64,000 nt of DNA from Camelus dromedarius (taxonomy: Eukaryota): assembly GCF_036321535.1 (NCBI RefSeq), contig NC_087437.1, positions 112,904,001 through 112,968,000 of the forward strand, given 5' to 3'. This document shows, piece by piece, positions 25,101 to 38,819 of the stretch; the first letter of the stretch is position 1; each line of letters begins with the position of its first letter. Under the pieces are notes generated by a model, which was given only the letters and a program-made list of their open reading frames with translations, did no database searches and had not been told where the DNA came from. Made by a program: the position numbers and the translations under genes.

Positions 25101-28100
25101 GAATTAAAATAAAATAGTATTATTTTGCATTATAGCAAATGTTGGCTGGAATGTATATATGTCATTAACATGCTTGATTGTTTTTTTAGTAATTGTTTTA
25201 TAAGCCAGGGGTACTTGTGACCAAGTCCAAAGTAAGACCATTTAAAAGAGACATTTTTTTCATGTGTATGTAACTGTTAGTCTTTTAAACCAACTTTGTT
25301 TCAGACTTAATTTGTGACTTTTTTGGTTCCTGATTATTTTACTCTGAAGCTCCATAATGAGATACTGGGTGGTATAGGGTATTGGGCACTGTATGAAGCA
25401 GAGTTGAGAAATGTGTGTGTGACTGTATAATGAAGAAACAAGAATGTGACCAAGAAGAATAGTAATGGTGGTAACTTTTTAAATCATTTTCATTGTGTTT
25501 GGAGATGGCAGTGTGAAGTATGATTGTATTCATAGGTTAATACAAGCTGTTTAATAAAGTTGTCTAAGGAATAGACAGGTTGTATGTTGAATTCTTATAC
25601 TATGGGTAAGTATGAATTAGCCTTAGATAACTGTGTCATTGTTTGGAGTATTGTAATTCAAGATTGGAAGGGGTTGAGTGGGCCTGTGGCAAAATGGAAG
25701 AGCTGCTGAGGGTGCCTGTGTGTGCTGGTGGTACTGGTGCTTGCTGCTACAGTCCAATTGCCATGGGGAGTGTGGGCCTAGTTTTTGCCAGCTTGTCCTT
25801 TTCTTATTCTGTTCCTAGCCAGAAATCCAGATTTTACAAGAAGTCTAATTTTTAAGATGTTGGTAACTAAAAATATTTAAGCACCATGGACCTAATGAAA
25901 TGTATCTGTTGGTCAGATATGGCTATCATCTTGTAATTTCTCATTTAGATGCAGGGCTTTTGAGGTTCTTTAAAGACATGCTTAGTTACCTTTAGACCTC
26001 CTTTAGCATTTTAGGTTTCAAAAATTGCTGCTTACACATTGACAAAACCCACCTTGTTAATTGGCTATTGGTTTACAGTATGACTGGTAATTACTTAGTA
26101 AATTGTAAACATGTTTAATTCTTAAAAGTAGTATCAATTTCTAGCTTTGGACTAGTGGACTATGTATGCCCATTTAGGCTAAAGTACACGTGTAGATTTC
26201 AGAGAGTTGCACAAAGACTGAAGCATGACTTGGTGTAAGCTGTCGGAAATTGGTCTTCATAGTCCACTTTGCGTGTCTGGGTGATTGCTCACTTTAAGCA
26301 GGCATTAGTGTAGCTTGGTTTATACCCATTGTACTGAAGTCTTAGAGGTATGAAATACTGCTTCCTGGAAAAGACTACTTTTATCTAGAAAATGACATTT
26401 TTGCTCAGGGTATGTCTGTGAAGTTCACATGAGCTTATATGACCTATAATCCTTGGAATATAATATTACTATGAAAAAAACTAGTTGCTCTTCTAGTCAG
26501 AGTATGGAGTAAGAGGATGATACAATATTTTTATTTTTGGCCAGGCTTCATGTTTCCATAGAATGGAAGCCAAGTTATTACCTTGACTGACTTTCCCTTT
26601 TTGTCTTTGTTACTTCCCCACTCCCACTCCAGATCTAACAGCAAATTGGAAATAAACTCAGGTCCAGTTTGTTCTTCCCTAGCTTTCAAGCCCAGGGTAC
26701 AGTTGATCTGGTTTGGTACACTACCATCCTCCCCCAACTCCCCACCCATCATTTTTGCTATAATTACAGTGCCCTAGTTAAGGGAGTCCTACCCACTTTG
26801 GGAATACTTCAGTAGAGGTTGGTGTTGATGAGAGTTTAAAAATGGGATTGCAAGTGAAAGCAGGGACTTACTAACAAAACCTCAACCTGGAGTTCTCAGT
26901 GCTCATAGACTGACATTTGCCTGCTTCTGCCCCAGCCTCAGGAATTCCTGGTTTTGTCTTTGTTTAGACTTCAGTGTTTAAAACGTCTTCTTGACACCTA
27001 CCTTGGCTGTTAAAATGTTTTAATTTTGTCAGGTGAAGAAACCCAGGTGCCACTATAACAGCCAGAGTGCTGTGGATGTAGTTCTGTATGAAAAGTACAC
27101 TGCCTGGTGGTCAGGCCTTAGCTCAGTTTGGATTTCAGGTGCTGGGAGGGTCCTTGTGTGGAACCAGTAGGCAGTATTTGCTTCTGTTAGAAGGATGGTG
27201 GACCAGAGTCCCAGATACCTGCTTTGTTTTCAGTTTGTGTTCAGATATCTTATGTGCAAATTATGAATATAAGACATTGTTCAGTACTGGTTTTGATTAG
27301 GATTTAAGGTGAGTTTCTGCTGCTGAATGAAAAGCTGAATTTGAGGGTAAGATCTTTGCTAGGCATATGTTACAGAGAAGTTATACTTGTGTCCTTTTTA
27401 AAAATCTTTTCAACTGTTATTAAGCAAACTTATGATCCAGTTATAGGTTGTCTTGATTGTCATCCTTTTGCTGCTGGTGTACTACTTGCCTTCTGTTTTG
27501 TTAGCAGTTATATGAGAAAGCAGTTATGTGAAGTATAGTATCTTGAAAACCTTAGACACCAGATTTCCATCAGGGATGGTCTTTAGTCCAGCAGACTCTA
27601 GCAGTGCTGTTGGTCTCAGGAATGCCATTCTTTATATGGCCTGAGGGCCAGGAGCTTGTGCAAATTCAGTGTAAGATTAAAGTGAAAAATCCCTCCTAAT
27701 GTCATTTCCTTTATTAAATGTTTTATCTGATTAGGATGAAATAATTGGAAGCCACTTGTAATTTCAAGATCTTCCACTTTCTGACATGCAAGGAAAGTAG
27801 TTCTGATCTTACTTCTCTGGATTTTCATACCAGTCTACTTGTTCTCTCTTGGAAATGCAAGAGAACAATCCAGCTGCATTTGGAATCTACAGCACCATGC
27901 CTCAGTTTTATGTTCACTTCTTAGGTTCAATTCAGGACATAATTTCTACCAGTCCTTCAAAATTTTATTAAGTTATCCTGTTTATGGTCTTATTTTTCAC
28001 TTCTTGAAAATCTTATACTCCCCAACCTTAAGGAAAATTAGACAGTTTTAAAATTTTCTAAAAAATATCTGCCTGAGGAAACATCCCAATTTCAGAATCT

Positions 28101-29069
28101 TCTAATTTATGACTTGGCCTCTTGGGAGAATTAGAATCTGGTCTACCAGGAAGACTCTTGTGTTTACATTTTCTGGCCTCAGTCACATGGGAAAATGAAA
28201 AACTTTTTTGGCCTCTGTTCTTCTAGGAACAGTTTTTCTAGGAACATAAAATTGAAACCAAGTAGGATGAGAACAGAAAACATGAAGGTAAACCACCAAG
28301 TTGACCTGGTTAGATATTCTACCTCTATAAATCTTACGGTTTGTAATACCTAATTCTTAGTGGCTGGTTTAATAAGCAGGGTGTGTGTGTGTGTATTTTT
28401 TCCTTCCTTGAACATGCAGCCATCTGAAGTGTAGATAGTGTGATCTCCACTTTACATATGAAAAAACTGAAGCAGAAAAGTACCTGGGACCACACGGTTC
28501 AGCAAGTGGCCAAGTCTAAAGGCAGTCTCAAACTGATCACTGCATCTGTGAAAAAGAGTGCACAGAATACTGGTAGTGGAGCTAACGATCCCTTTAGACT
28601 GAAGGAAGTATTTCACATCTATTTTGAGTGCCTACTAGGTACCAGCACTACCATGTGTTTGGGGAACACAGTGGTAAACTAGGACAGTTCCAGCTTTTGT
28701 GGGGCTTACATTCGAGTAAGGGAGACACACTGGCAATGCTCTGAAGAGAAAAACAGCAGGATAAGGGGACAAAACGGCAAATTCTGTTTTCGTTATAGTG
28801 TTCAGGCAAGGCTGAGACTTCAGTGAGGGACTGTGCCACGGCTGTTAACTGGGGGCAGAAGGGCAGGACCGGTGCAGATGTCTTGGAGCAGTTAAATTAA
28901 CATGCATTCAGTTCAGCAGGCTTTTGTTTTATAGGTCGTCTTCAAGTCTTGCCTGAAAGAATTGGCAGTATATGACAGTTGTTTAATGCCTCCTTTTTTC
29001 CTACAGGACTTTTATTTAATAATCTTACTTTGATGATGATGACTTGAAGTATGCGTTTTTCCCATTTTG

Positions 29070-30620
29070 TAGAAGTGAGAATTAGACATGGACTTGAGCA
29101 TACATAAAACTGACTAGTTTAGTGAATCTCTGTATTGTACCCATCACCCAGCTTCAACAGTTAATGAACATTTACCACTCTTCCTTTATCTCCACCACCT
29201 TTCTCATTCATTCGTTCATTTATTTATGCTGGAGTATTTTATATTAACTTTAACTTAAAATTTTAAACCTTAAGAAGAGTTATAAGAACTGTTCAGTTAA
29301 CACCTGTATACTTTTCACCTAGATTACTAATTGTTTGAATTTATTTGTGCCCCCCCCCCCCCCCTTTTGGTTCTTTTTAAAAAATCTGTACCATTTGGGA
29401 GTTGCAGGCATGGTTGATGTGCCTTTCTTAGGAATAAAGGCTTTGTTCCTAACTACAGCATGCATAACCATTACACGCATTTGACATCAATACAGTATAA
29501 TTATGGAATGTTCAACTTGTGTTCAAATTTACCTTTGTTATTCCAGTGATATTCTTTAGTTCTTTAATCCAGTATTCAATCAAGGATCCTGCATTTAGTT
29601 GTTTAGTCTCCTTGATCTAGAGCAGTTTTCAAGCCATTGTCATTAACGACAGTGGCACTTTGAAGTATTCAGTCCTGCTGCTTTGCAGCATCCCTCAATT
29701 TGGATTTGTCTGGTTGCTTTCTCATGATTAAAGATAGGTTAAACATTGTTGGCCGGAATGTTAAATAGGGATGTCAGTATCCCATGTCAGGAGGCATGTC
29801 GATTTGTCCCACTGTTGGGAATGTCAGGTAGTCATTTGGTTTAGGTGATATCCACCAGATTGCTCCATTATAAATGTACCTTTTTTCCTTTAGTAATTAT
29901 TAAGTGATTTATGGAGTGACAAACTTGAGACCGAATATTTTCTCCAGCAGTCTTCCACTGGTTTTGGCATCTGTTGATATTTCTGAATCAGTAATTGCTG
30001 AAGTACTTTAAAGCAAATGCAAATATAAAAATTCACCTGTAAATATTTAGTATGTACCTAAAAGGTAAGGGCTTTAAAAACAACCACAATGCCTTTATGA
30101 CACCTAACTCTAACTGTAATTCCTGAACATCTAATATCCATGTTCAAGTGCCTTGAATTGTCTCACATGTTTCTCTGCATTTGGTTTGCTTGAATCTGAA
30201 TGCAGATCAGGTTCACAGGTTATAATTACTTGATGACCTCTTAAGTCTTACTCTATAATAGCTTTTCTACCCTTCCTCCCTTTGAATTTGGTTGATCACT
30301 TTCTGATGTTTTATGTGTGGTTCTGTTGCGGGTATTTTCTGTGAACTGGCAGGTAGACATTTGATTAAATTCAGGTTGTATTTTGTTTTACAAGTGTTCC
30401 TGGGTGTAGCATCACATGAGGAGACACATATGTCTGCCTTCTAGAGATAAGAGTAAGTCTTGGTGGGTGCAAATACTGTCAGCCTCATCCATCCATTCTA
30501 AAGTTCCCACATCAACCTTTCACCTAAGAGTTCTAGCATCCACTATATCATTGCCTGGGGATGTTATTTCTTTTTGTAGGGATTACAAATGGTGATTTTC
30601 TAATTGCATCATTCCTTCTG
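29070..30620 (-). mobile_element. Ancient LINE-1 (L1MC-like) 3' fragments
   Basis: gtacccatcacccagcttcaacag, tttggatttgtctggttgctttctcatgatta, ggtgattttctaatt motifs. Confidence 0.6.
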
Positions 30621-30759
30621 TATTGATGAGCTAGATTTTTTTCTGACTTACGTTTATTTCTACTTTTTAATATATCTCTTCCTAGGGAGTGTTGTAAACG
30701 ATAACATTTTTCATCTTTACTTCACAGACGATGTTTCTGGACTCTCTTAGTAACTCTGA

Positions 30760-30900
30760 TATGTCCTCAACTTTCTTATCTGTAAATTGAGGATGATTAT
30801 CATGCCTACCTTTTGGATTTTTGTGAGGATTAAATGAGCTGGTACATGTAGTGTAAAAATGGTACCTGGCACTCGTGTTGGTAAGTGCTAGTTATTAATA
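30760..30900 (+). mobile_element. MIR SINE
   Basis: cctcaactttcttatctgtaaa...ttgtgaggattaaatgag...gtacctggcac. Confidence 0.75.
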
Positions 30901-31509
30901 TAATGTTTTCAGTTTTGTGGGAACATTTAACTCTTCAAGTGTAGTAGAGGGACAGAGATGAGAGAGGGTCTTCCTGTGTTGACATCAGCAGGAGTCTTGG
31001 ACTTGTTTAGAGTGAACCGAAGGGTAGTGCTGCTTGCCCAAAACAGCCTTTCCTTTTCTGTCTGCATGGGAACAGCCATAGTACAAGAAGCACTTGTGTA
31101 TGGACCGTCTGTGTGTAACACTGCACATTGTGAACTGGATGTTCACAATTGTAGAGGTAAAATCTGGAGCACATTCTGGAATGGAATTAGTACAGTGAAG
31201 GGAAGTAGTTTGGTAGGTAGGATGAAGTGACTCCAGACACAGGTTTTTACTGTGTTGTGACCGATTGAGATTTTTATCTGAATAAAGGGCAGCATTCTTG
31301 CCTAGTCTGATTTGCCTTTTGCTATTCTGCACACTCTCAATTAGAGCTGATGGGGACTCCTAATCACTGTGGCAGGGGAGGAAATGCTCTACTCCTTCTT
31401 GGCCTTTTCATCTGCCATCTCTTATTGCTTAAAAAACCCTGACTTTTTTATTGATGATTATATAGGATATTGGAAATTTAACACTCTTAATCAGGTACTT
31501 AGTCATTAA

Positions 31510-32200
31510 TATTCATTCGTTTAACAAACACTTGAGCTTCTGAAATGTTCAAGACAGGGTTCTAGACACAGACCACATCAGTGAATAACACAGACAAGAG
31601 TCTTTGCCCTCATGGAGTTTACATTCTGGTAGTGAGGGGACAGTAAACATGAGGGAGTTTTGTAATATGTTACAAGCTGTTGTGTGGTATGGAAAAAAGT
31701 AAAACAGGATATGGAAGGATTGAGATGGCTAGGAAAATTACTTTTGAGCAAAGATAGCAATGAGAGGAGAGCAAGTCTTGGGAAAGTCTGGGGGTGCAGG
31801 GTGTACCCTGCCTAGGGAGTGGCAGTGTCAAGGCCCAGAGGCGTGTTTGGTATGTTGTGTGTTGTGAGTGAAGAGGTGATTGCTTACTGTGTTATTGCCC
31901 TGTAGTGCGCCAAGGGCCAGAGCTAGGAAACAAGTTGATAGGCTGGGGCAGTTAACTGGACAAGATGGAATGGTGATTTGGACCAGGGTGCTAGCAGTTG
32001 AGATGTTAAGGGGTCTGATTCTGGATCTGTTTTTGAGGTAAAGCCAACAGACTTTGCTAATGAATTGATTCTGTGTGGGTTGAGAGAAAAAGTGAACAAG
32101 CCTTCAAGGATGACTGATCATTTTTGGCCTGAGCAATAGTGAGGATGGAGTTGCCATTCTCTGAGACGACAAAGATTGAGAGTAGAACAGCTTTAAGGGG
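31510..32200 (-). mobile_element. LINE-2 3' fragment
   Basis: attcattcgtttaacaaacacttgagc...gccctcatggagtttacattct...tttttggcctgagcaa...gatggagttgccatt. Confidence 0.75.
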
Positions 32201-33485
32201 GATGAGCCAAATTACTCATACTCTCAAAGAAAAGGATAGGTGGTTACAAACACTTGATTCAGTAAGAACAGTGGTCTATGGATTTTACTATAATTCGTAT
32301 CTGTACATCATACAGCCGATTCTTTTAGCTAATGTCTTAAAAAGATGTGAGAGTTAGCAGATGAAGGAAGATTGACTAAGATTCATATAGCCCATGGTAA
32401 CAAGGTCAGGTGTAGAACAGACTTTGAGACTTTTTTTTTTTTAATCTCTGGGAGGGCTAATTCACACTGATAAAGAGAATGAAGGCAAAAGGCTTGGACT
32501 TGGATGGTGAGAAGCTGGCTAAGCCCTGAATTTTCTGCTCTGTGTGTTTTCACTTACTTAAGAAGCCTGTGCCTGGGACTTTTCTTTTAAATCTCTTCAT
32601 ATTCTTCTTAAATATATTCTTCACATATAATCATATGTAAATACTTCAGTTGGATTTTATCCTATGCACATGCACTGTTTGCAGTCTGTTTTGTTAAAAT
32701 TTGTTATATATACATCTCAGGTGTTTTCTCTGCAAGCACAGACATTTGAAACATGGATGATGTTGCATGGTCCTTTATTAGTTAGTATTGTTTATGTTTC
32801 TATCAATAAACTTCCTTTTCATGGAAGGTAGTATTGCCTAGCAATTAAGGAGAGAAGCTATTTAGAAATAGATGGGAGTACAAATCCTGATATAATGCAA
32901 ATAACTGTGTCCAGGACCTTATACTACCTCCTTGGTTTCACTTTTCTCATCTGTAAAATGATCATAATAACTGTACTTACTCCATAATTGTTGTGAAGAT
33001 TAAATTAATGCACTCTACACTCTAGGGACAGTACCTACAGGATGTTAGGATCTGGTTACTGTCAGGTTTTTATTTTTTAATCTCCATTATCTATAACTCA
33101 CTTATCTTTGATAATCAGTCTTTTGGAAGCAAATAAAGTTCAAGAAGCTGAGCCTCTTAAATTCTTCTCGTTAAAAGTTAACACAAATGTTTAGTCATTG
33201 GGATTACAATATACGGTATCATAGGCATTACTGTTCTATTATTTCACATTTTCACCTCTCTCAAAAAAAATAGATAATTGGAGTTTGCTCCACGCACATG
33301 TTTTGATACCCACATGAAGGTTGAAACCAGTGGGAGTTCCAAAGTTGCCCCCATAGCCAAAGGGTCTTCATTCTCTGAGACATCTTTAAAAAGTAAAAAA
33401 TGAAACAAAGAAAACAAAAACACAACATTGTGAGCCACACTTCTACATTCATAGAAACAAATTAAAGTGAAGATATCTTGGGGAA

Positions 33486-33529
33486 TATATATATACACAC
33501 ACATATATATATGTGTGTGTATATATATA
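33486..33529. repeat. Perfect 44-bp palindrome built from TA/CA/TG dinucleotides
   Basis: TATATATATACACACACATATATATATGTGTGTGTATATATATA is self-complementary about 33507/33508. Confidence 0.92.
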
Positions 33530-34429
33530 AAATAAATCTGGTGGTTTATGAACTTTTCTAGGTGAATAAGATTTTATCTGGTTTGCTTACATGGGAAACT
33601 ATCCCTCCCAACCACCTGCTGCAATGATTTGCTAAAAGTAGAACTGTTCTGGTTGGTAGGGTGATGCTGGAGTTATCCTGCCCACTCTGCCTTGACTCTC
33701 ACCCCTGTGATGGTACATGGGGACTAGAAACCCTCAGAATATAGTTTGGATGCCGTTTGAGTTCAATTAAGGTTTCATACATTTCTTACGTACTTTTGAA
33801 AACTTGAATAGTCGAGGTTGGAGGTATAATAGAAATATTTTGCCAAAGAGATTTAAGGGCAAACTCCTTGAAATGTTTTAAGGATTGCTTTCTCATATGA
33901 TTATATACAATGTTGTTTTCAGCCCGCTTGTAATTTAAAATTGGCTGGAATTCATATCAGTTGTATTAGAAACACTTTCAGGTGTCACTGATACACTGCT
34001 AGCATAACCAAGCTCTACATTTTTAAAGTGAGGTTTGAGGAAGGTCTTATATGAGTATGTATATACTACATACCAAGCACCATCAACCTATTCCATTAGT
34101 GGAATTTGCTTTACCGAATCTTGAATCAAGATGACAAAAGTAAAAATGAGTATGAAAAGTCTGTAAGTAGAATTTTCTGTGAACTTGGGGCTGGAGAAAG
34201 GGTTGTATTGTACTTGAAGTGATGTAAATTGAAGCTAATGGTTGATGAGGTGGTTGGGAGCCTGTTTAAAATATTTGTGAGAGAACTGCGTATTTAATAC
34301 AGTATTTTTTTTAGTTCTTTTATCTATAAATAACATTTATGAGGATCCTAAAATGCCTGGTGTATAGTTGACAGTTTAATTTGAAAGAAGCCAGTACCTT
34401 GACTTCCGGTCTATCCAAGTTGTGGAAGG

Positions 34430-34640
34430 TAAAGTGACATTTACTGAGCACCTGCCTGTAGCAGTAGGCAATATTACACACTGTGTGTTGTTCCTTAATA
34501 AATCATTAAGAGCTAGGTGGTGGTTTCATTTTACAAATGAGAGAATTGAGGCTCATAGAGATTGTTACTTGCCTAAGATTCTGAAGCTAACAAGTGACAG
34601 AGCTTGGATCCCAGCCCTTCAAGGCTTGTCTGCTTTCTTG
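34430..34640 (-). mobile_element. MIR SINE
   Basis: acatttactgagcacct...cattttacaaatgagagaattgaggctcatagag...acttgcctaag. Confidence 0.75.
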
Positions 34641-37600
34641 ATCACATCACCTACCCAAATAAGTTTTCGGAGGTGTCCGTATGTTCTGTAACCCTTAAAT
34701 TGTTAGTTGGTAAAGGGAGTATTTTCCATTGGATCAGAAAATGAGCAAGACTTGGCAAGCCTACTATTGACAGTACTAAGCTCTGCCTGTTCAGCTTGTC
34801 CTTTTGAGTGTGTGGTCATGTGGTCTCTAAGTCGACCCCAAAGCTAAAAACATTATGGTTTGGTCACTTTATGAGGGTCACTGTGTTCTACCCTTTGTTA
34901 GTCCACGTGCCTTCATAGAGTGAATTATGACTTGGAGCCCTGATGGCTTTAGGGATTGTTTTTCTTGTCCTTTTTTTTGAATTTTAATGGCAGATGACTT
35001 CTTTTTAGAGTGATGCTGGATGTTACAGATTGTCCCAGAGTAACTTCCTAGTTACTTCCCTAGATAATAGAAGAGAGATGTTAGATTTAGTGATTATAAC
35101 TAATTATATTTTGATTATATTACCTGAAGGAGTTTAATAGCTGATTTAAATTTGGTCTTCTATTTTACTCTTTCTAGTTGTTCAAACACAGCCAATATTC
35201 ATGTACACTTCTACAGTTTGGATTAATTCTACAGTTGTAATTTAATTCATCCAAGTACATGCAAATGGTACCAAAATTGTATTCTAATTTTGTGCAGAAC
35301 TATCAACAAAACATTACTTTCTGAGAAGGAAGACCTTTCATGTTGGGGGAGTCTCTCTGTTTCACCATCCTTGTGTTTGAAATTGGCTAAATTTATTACA
35401 CTAGCCATCACAACCAGGGCACCATTTCTTTATACATTCTACAGGTATTATTCTCATTGTAGAAATAATTGTTTTCTTAAAAATACACTACTGTGGAACT
35501 GAGTCACATACTTATCATTACTATGCCTACTTTATTACTTGTCCCACATTTCTCACTCATTAACTTGAACCAGCTTAGTCCTAGAAATACAAAAACATAA
35601 ATTAAAAAGCTTCATTTTTAGCTGAAGAAAAATTTTTCCCATGTATATTCTTCCTAAAAATAAACTGTGGATAATGTTCATTTTATTTTTGTTGTCAAAA
35701 TGTTTACTTCTATAGAAAAATGAGGAAAAATATGCCAAACTTATATTGTATATTTTATTTGGAACCATTTTTAGGAATCACACAGTTTTTCTCCTTAAAG
35801 TTCAAAGCTGTGACAAATCTACTAATGACTAGAATGTGAAATTTGGCTGAATTGTGTTTTTATGTCTTTCTGCAAACTAATTTGACCTATTTTTGGTTTT
35901 GTTTTTTTTTTTTTTTTTCCTTTTCCAGTCTTTACCAGGTGCTGGTCTCTGGATATTTTTTGTTTAAATTGAAAAAAAATCTTAAATCCGCCCACAGACT
36001 GGTATGGTATCCAGTGAGACATGGGGATTGCCAGCAGTGGCTTTTGAAGGGTCTGAAGAGGCAGAAAGAGTTGAGAACTTGGCCTTGAGCTAGTTTTTGG
36101 CCACTCTCTGCTACCTTTCCTGTGGGCAGAACATCTTTTCTCTCAAGCTTGCCTGCTGTTTTAGAGAAGTTAGGGGTTAGACCACTCTGCGTGTTCATCC
36201 GGGAGCAGGATATGGCTTAGGTATCTGACTTGCATTGTATTTGACAATGAAGAGCAGTGTTACTGATTTTGGCAGTGCCTCCTAGTGATTGGAGAAAGGA
36301 GGGCTGGTTTTGTTTCTGAGCACTTTGTTCTTTGAACAAATAAGCTGCTGCAGCAGCCGCTACAACACATATCCCACTTCACCTTCTCTCCACACAGAAA
36401 CAAAAACACTCCATATTTGTCCCTTCTTGAGGACACACATAGTCAACTACTGCCAGTGGGAAGAGTGAAACCTGAAATGGTCCTTCAGACCATTGAGCTT
36501 GGCTTACACAGCTAGATCTGTGTAAATTGGAACAAAATGGCAAGAGTATGGCTTGGGTGCTGGATGGCAGAGAGCTCTGTTGAAGGCAGGGCTCACGTTA
36601 ACTGCCAAGTACAGGTTTCTTTGTAGTTGAGGACCTGACTCTTATACTGAAAGATTAAAAACATCCTTTAAAATAATGTTTATTAATCATCTGATTAGAT
36701 TTTATAAAAAATTTAGGCAATTCTTCCTAAATAATGTCCAAAGTATTTCTTTAATAACTTGAATGTTTTGGAGGGCAGGGAAAGTAGTCATAGACATATG
36801 ACCAGCTTCAGTATTTGGCAAATAGGAAGTGATACAAATCCCAGCTTTCAGTGTATTTTATGCTTTTGTGTGCGGCAGTTTTACTCAAGCCAGTTATTAC
36901 TGACACTGGCTTTTAAGAGAAAGGATTTTAGCTTTTTTAGTATAATTGTTGTAGCTCTTTACACTTGAAAAAGACATAAAGATGGGTTCGAGTCACTTCT
37001 ACATGATAGCATTGTTACATAGACCTAATAACCTCATTCGGTAGAGCATTTATCTTTAGGCATTACTTTTAGCTCTTTGCCAGTGAGATTAGTACTGTGG
37101 TCCATTTTGAACAGTTTTGAAAAGAGGTAACTTTTAGTATCATTTGTAGGACTTAAAAAGTTTGCTCCTAATTCTCAAAGGAAAATGTCTAGATTCATCA
37201 AAAAGCATCTGCTTTGCCAAGCATAGAAAACATTGCACTCTGAGGATGCCTTATAAAAGGAGAAATCGCTTTAGAAGTTACCATGTGGAAGGCATTAGGT
37301 TGAGTAACAAAGTGTTTTTCATATTGATCTTCCAGCTACAATTACAATTAACTTTGAAGATTCAGAATTTGTCTTCTTCCAGGAGAAAAACTGTCATATT
37401 CATAAACTCAGTTTTAGGTAAATTTAAATGTCTGTTTGTCACTGATTTTCTTAATCTAGGACTGAAACAATCTGATTGATTTATTGAAGATAATTTATTA
37501 TCTAATGGCTTACAAATGTCTGTTTCATTTAATTTTGGAAGATGTGATAATAATCACATTATTTTTCAGTCTTCCAGAAAATTTTTCTCCTCTCTCCTCT

Positions 37601-38440
37601 CCTTGCTTTCTATGTACCCTTCAACAAGAAAGTATTAAAAGGAAAAAATATTCAACAAAATCAAACCTTGAGTCAGTGCCTTTATCCTCTTGGGGAGTCT
37701 TTTGGAAATAATGGCTGATGAAAAGGAAAGGAAGGAAGTTACTTTCTTTAACACTAAAAAATCTTTTTTTCAATGTCTTACTTCAAGCTAATAGAATAAA
37801 ATTTTAGGATTGTTTATAAGTTGTATGTTCCTAGTTTTTTTGTGTTGAATCTCGTTTCCCTTTAGGCCAAGAGTCATTTCACAATTTCTAGGTTGCTGTA
37901 CAATGACTAACACAGATGGACATTTGTAGTAGGAATTTAGGAAAATTTTGTAGCAGTGGTCTGCATAGACCAAGTGATAACTTGGTGTTGTGTTTGGGGG
38001 TAAATGATAACACCTGAGAATACCACTGTCCTGGTATCTATCCAGGCCCCTAACTGGCTATAAAGTGCATTACTCTTAGGAGTCACAGTACTTGAAGATT
38101 CGTTTTGGTGCCCTTATTATGAATGATTAGTGTCGCCGCTCCCTTTTCCCACCCCCAGTCTGAGACTACCACAGTAAGACAAGAAAGGGCAATGTCATGG
38201 TGGGTTCTTAGTTGCTAGAGAAGTTAGGCCACTTAGTTAGGAGGTTGATGAATTTTTGTTCTTAGTTAAAAATATTAAGTATTCTCACTGACTTTAAGTA
38301 TCAGATGTGATGGTATAGATTGCTCTTTCCTGTGGAACTAAAGTACGTATGTTTTTAAATTTTTTTTCTTTTTATAAAGAATGTCTTGTTGCGCCGTTTT
38401 GCTAGACTGAAAGTTTCCTCATCGCCTGGTGAGCCCCTCC

Positions 38441-38480
38441 GCTAATTCAATCTTTGTCTTTTGTCTTTGCTGCCTTGCAG
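38441..38480 (+). promoter_or_regulatory. SLC5A3: Branch point, polypyrimidine tract and 3' splice site of SLC5A3 exon 2
   Basis: GCTAAT (branch A about 38445), tctttgtcttttgtctttgctgcctt, then TTGCAG|G; the exon starts at 38481. Confidence 0.85.
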
Positions 38481-38819
38481 GGTTGGTACAGTAGGCTTCA
38501 CTAGACTTAGCTGCAACTCAGAATTTCTCCTCCAGCACCTGAGTAAATGCTGATGGTCTTGTGGAGAGTGGATTAAGAGTACGAGCTAAGTTCTCAATCC
38601 CAATTAAGAAGCGGAGGAAAATTTAAACTGTCTCCTTCAAAGTTTATCACAACCACCACCATCAAGACAGCAAACCAAAGGACAAAGACTTTGACCTGCT
38701 GTGTCACTCTGTATAGTCCGGTTCACGTATGGTTTACGGACTTGACTGGGGTTACTAATGAGTAAATAAAAAGTTGGACACTTCTGTCATTGGACACTTT
38801 TATTCACAAAGTTTCCAAA
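38481..38819 (+). other. SLC5A3: SLC5A3 exon 2 5' UTR segment containing uORFs
   Basis: Between the acceptor and the main ATG; upstream ATGs at 38547, 38553, 38729 and 38758. Confidence 0.8.

Noticed and set aside
38790..38819. 10-aa N-terminal extension of SLC5A3
   Set aside because: The ORF caller started at TTG; the ATG at 38820 gives the known 718-aa protein.
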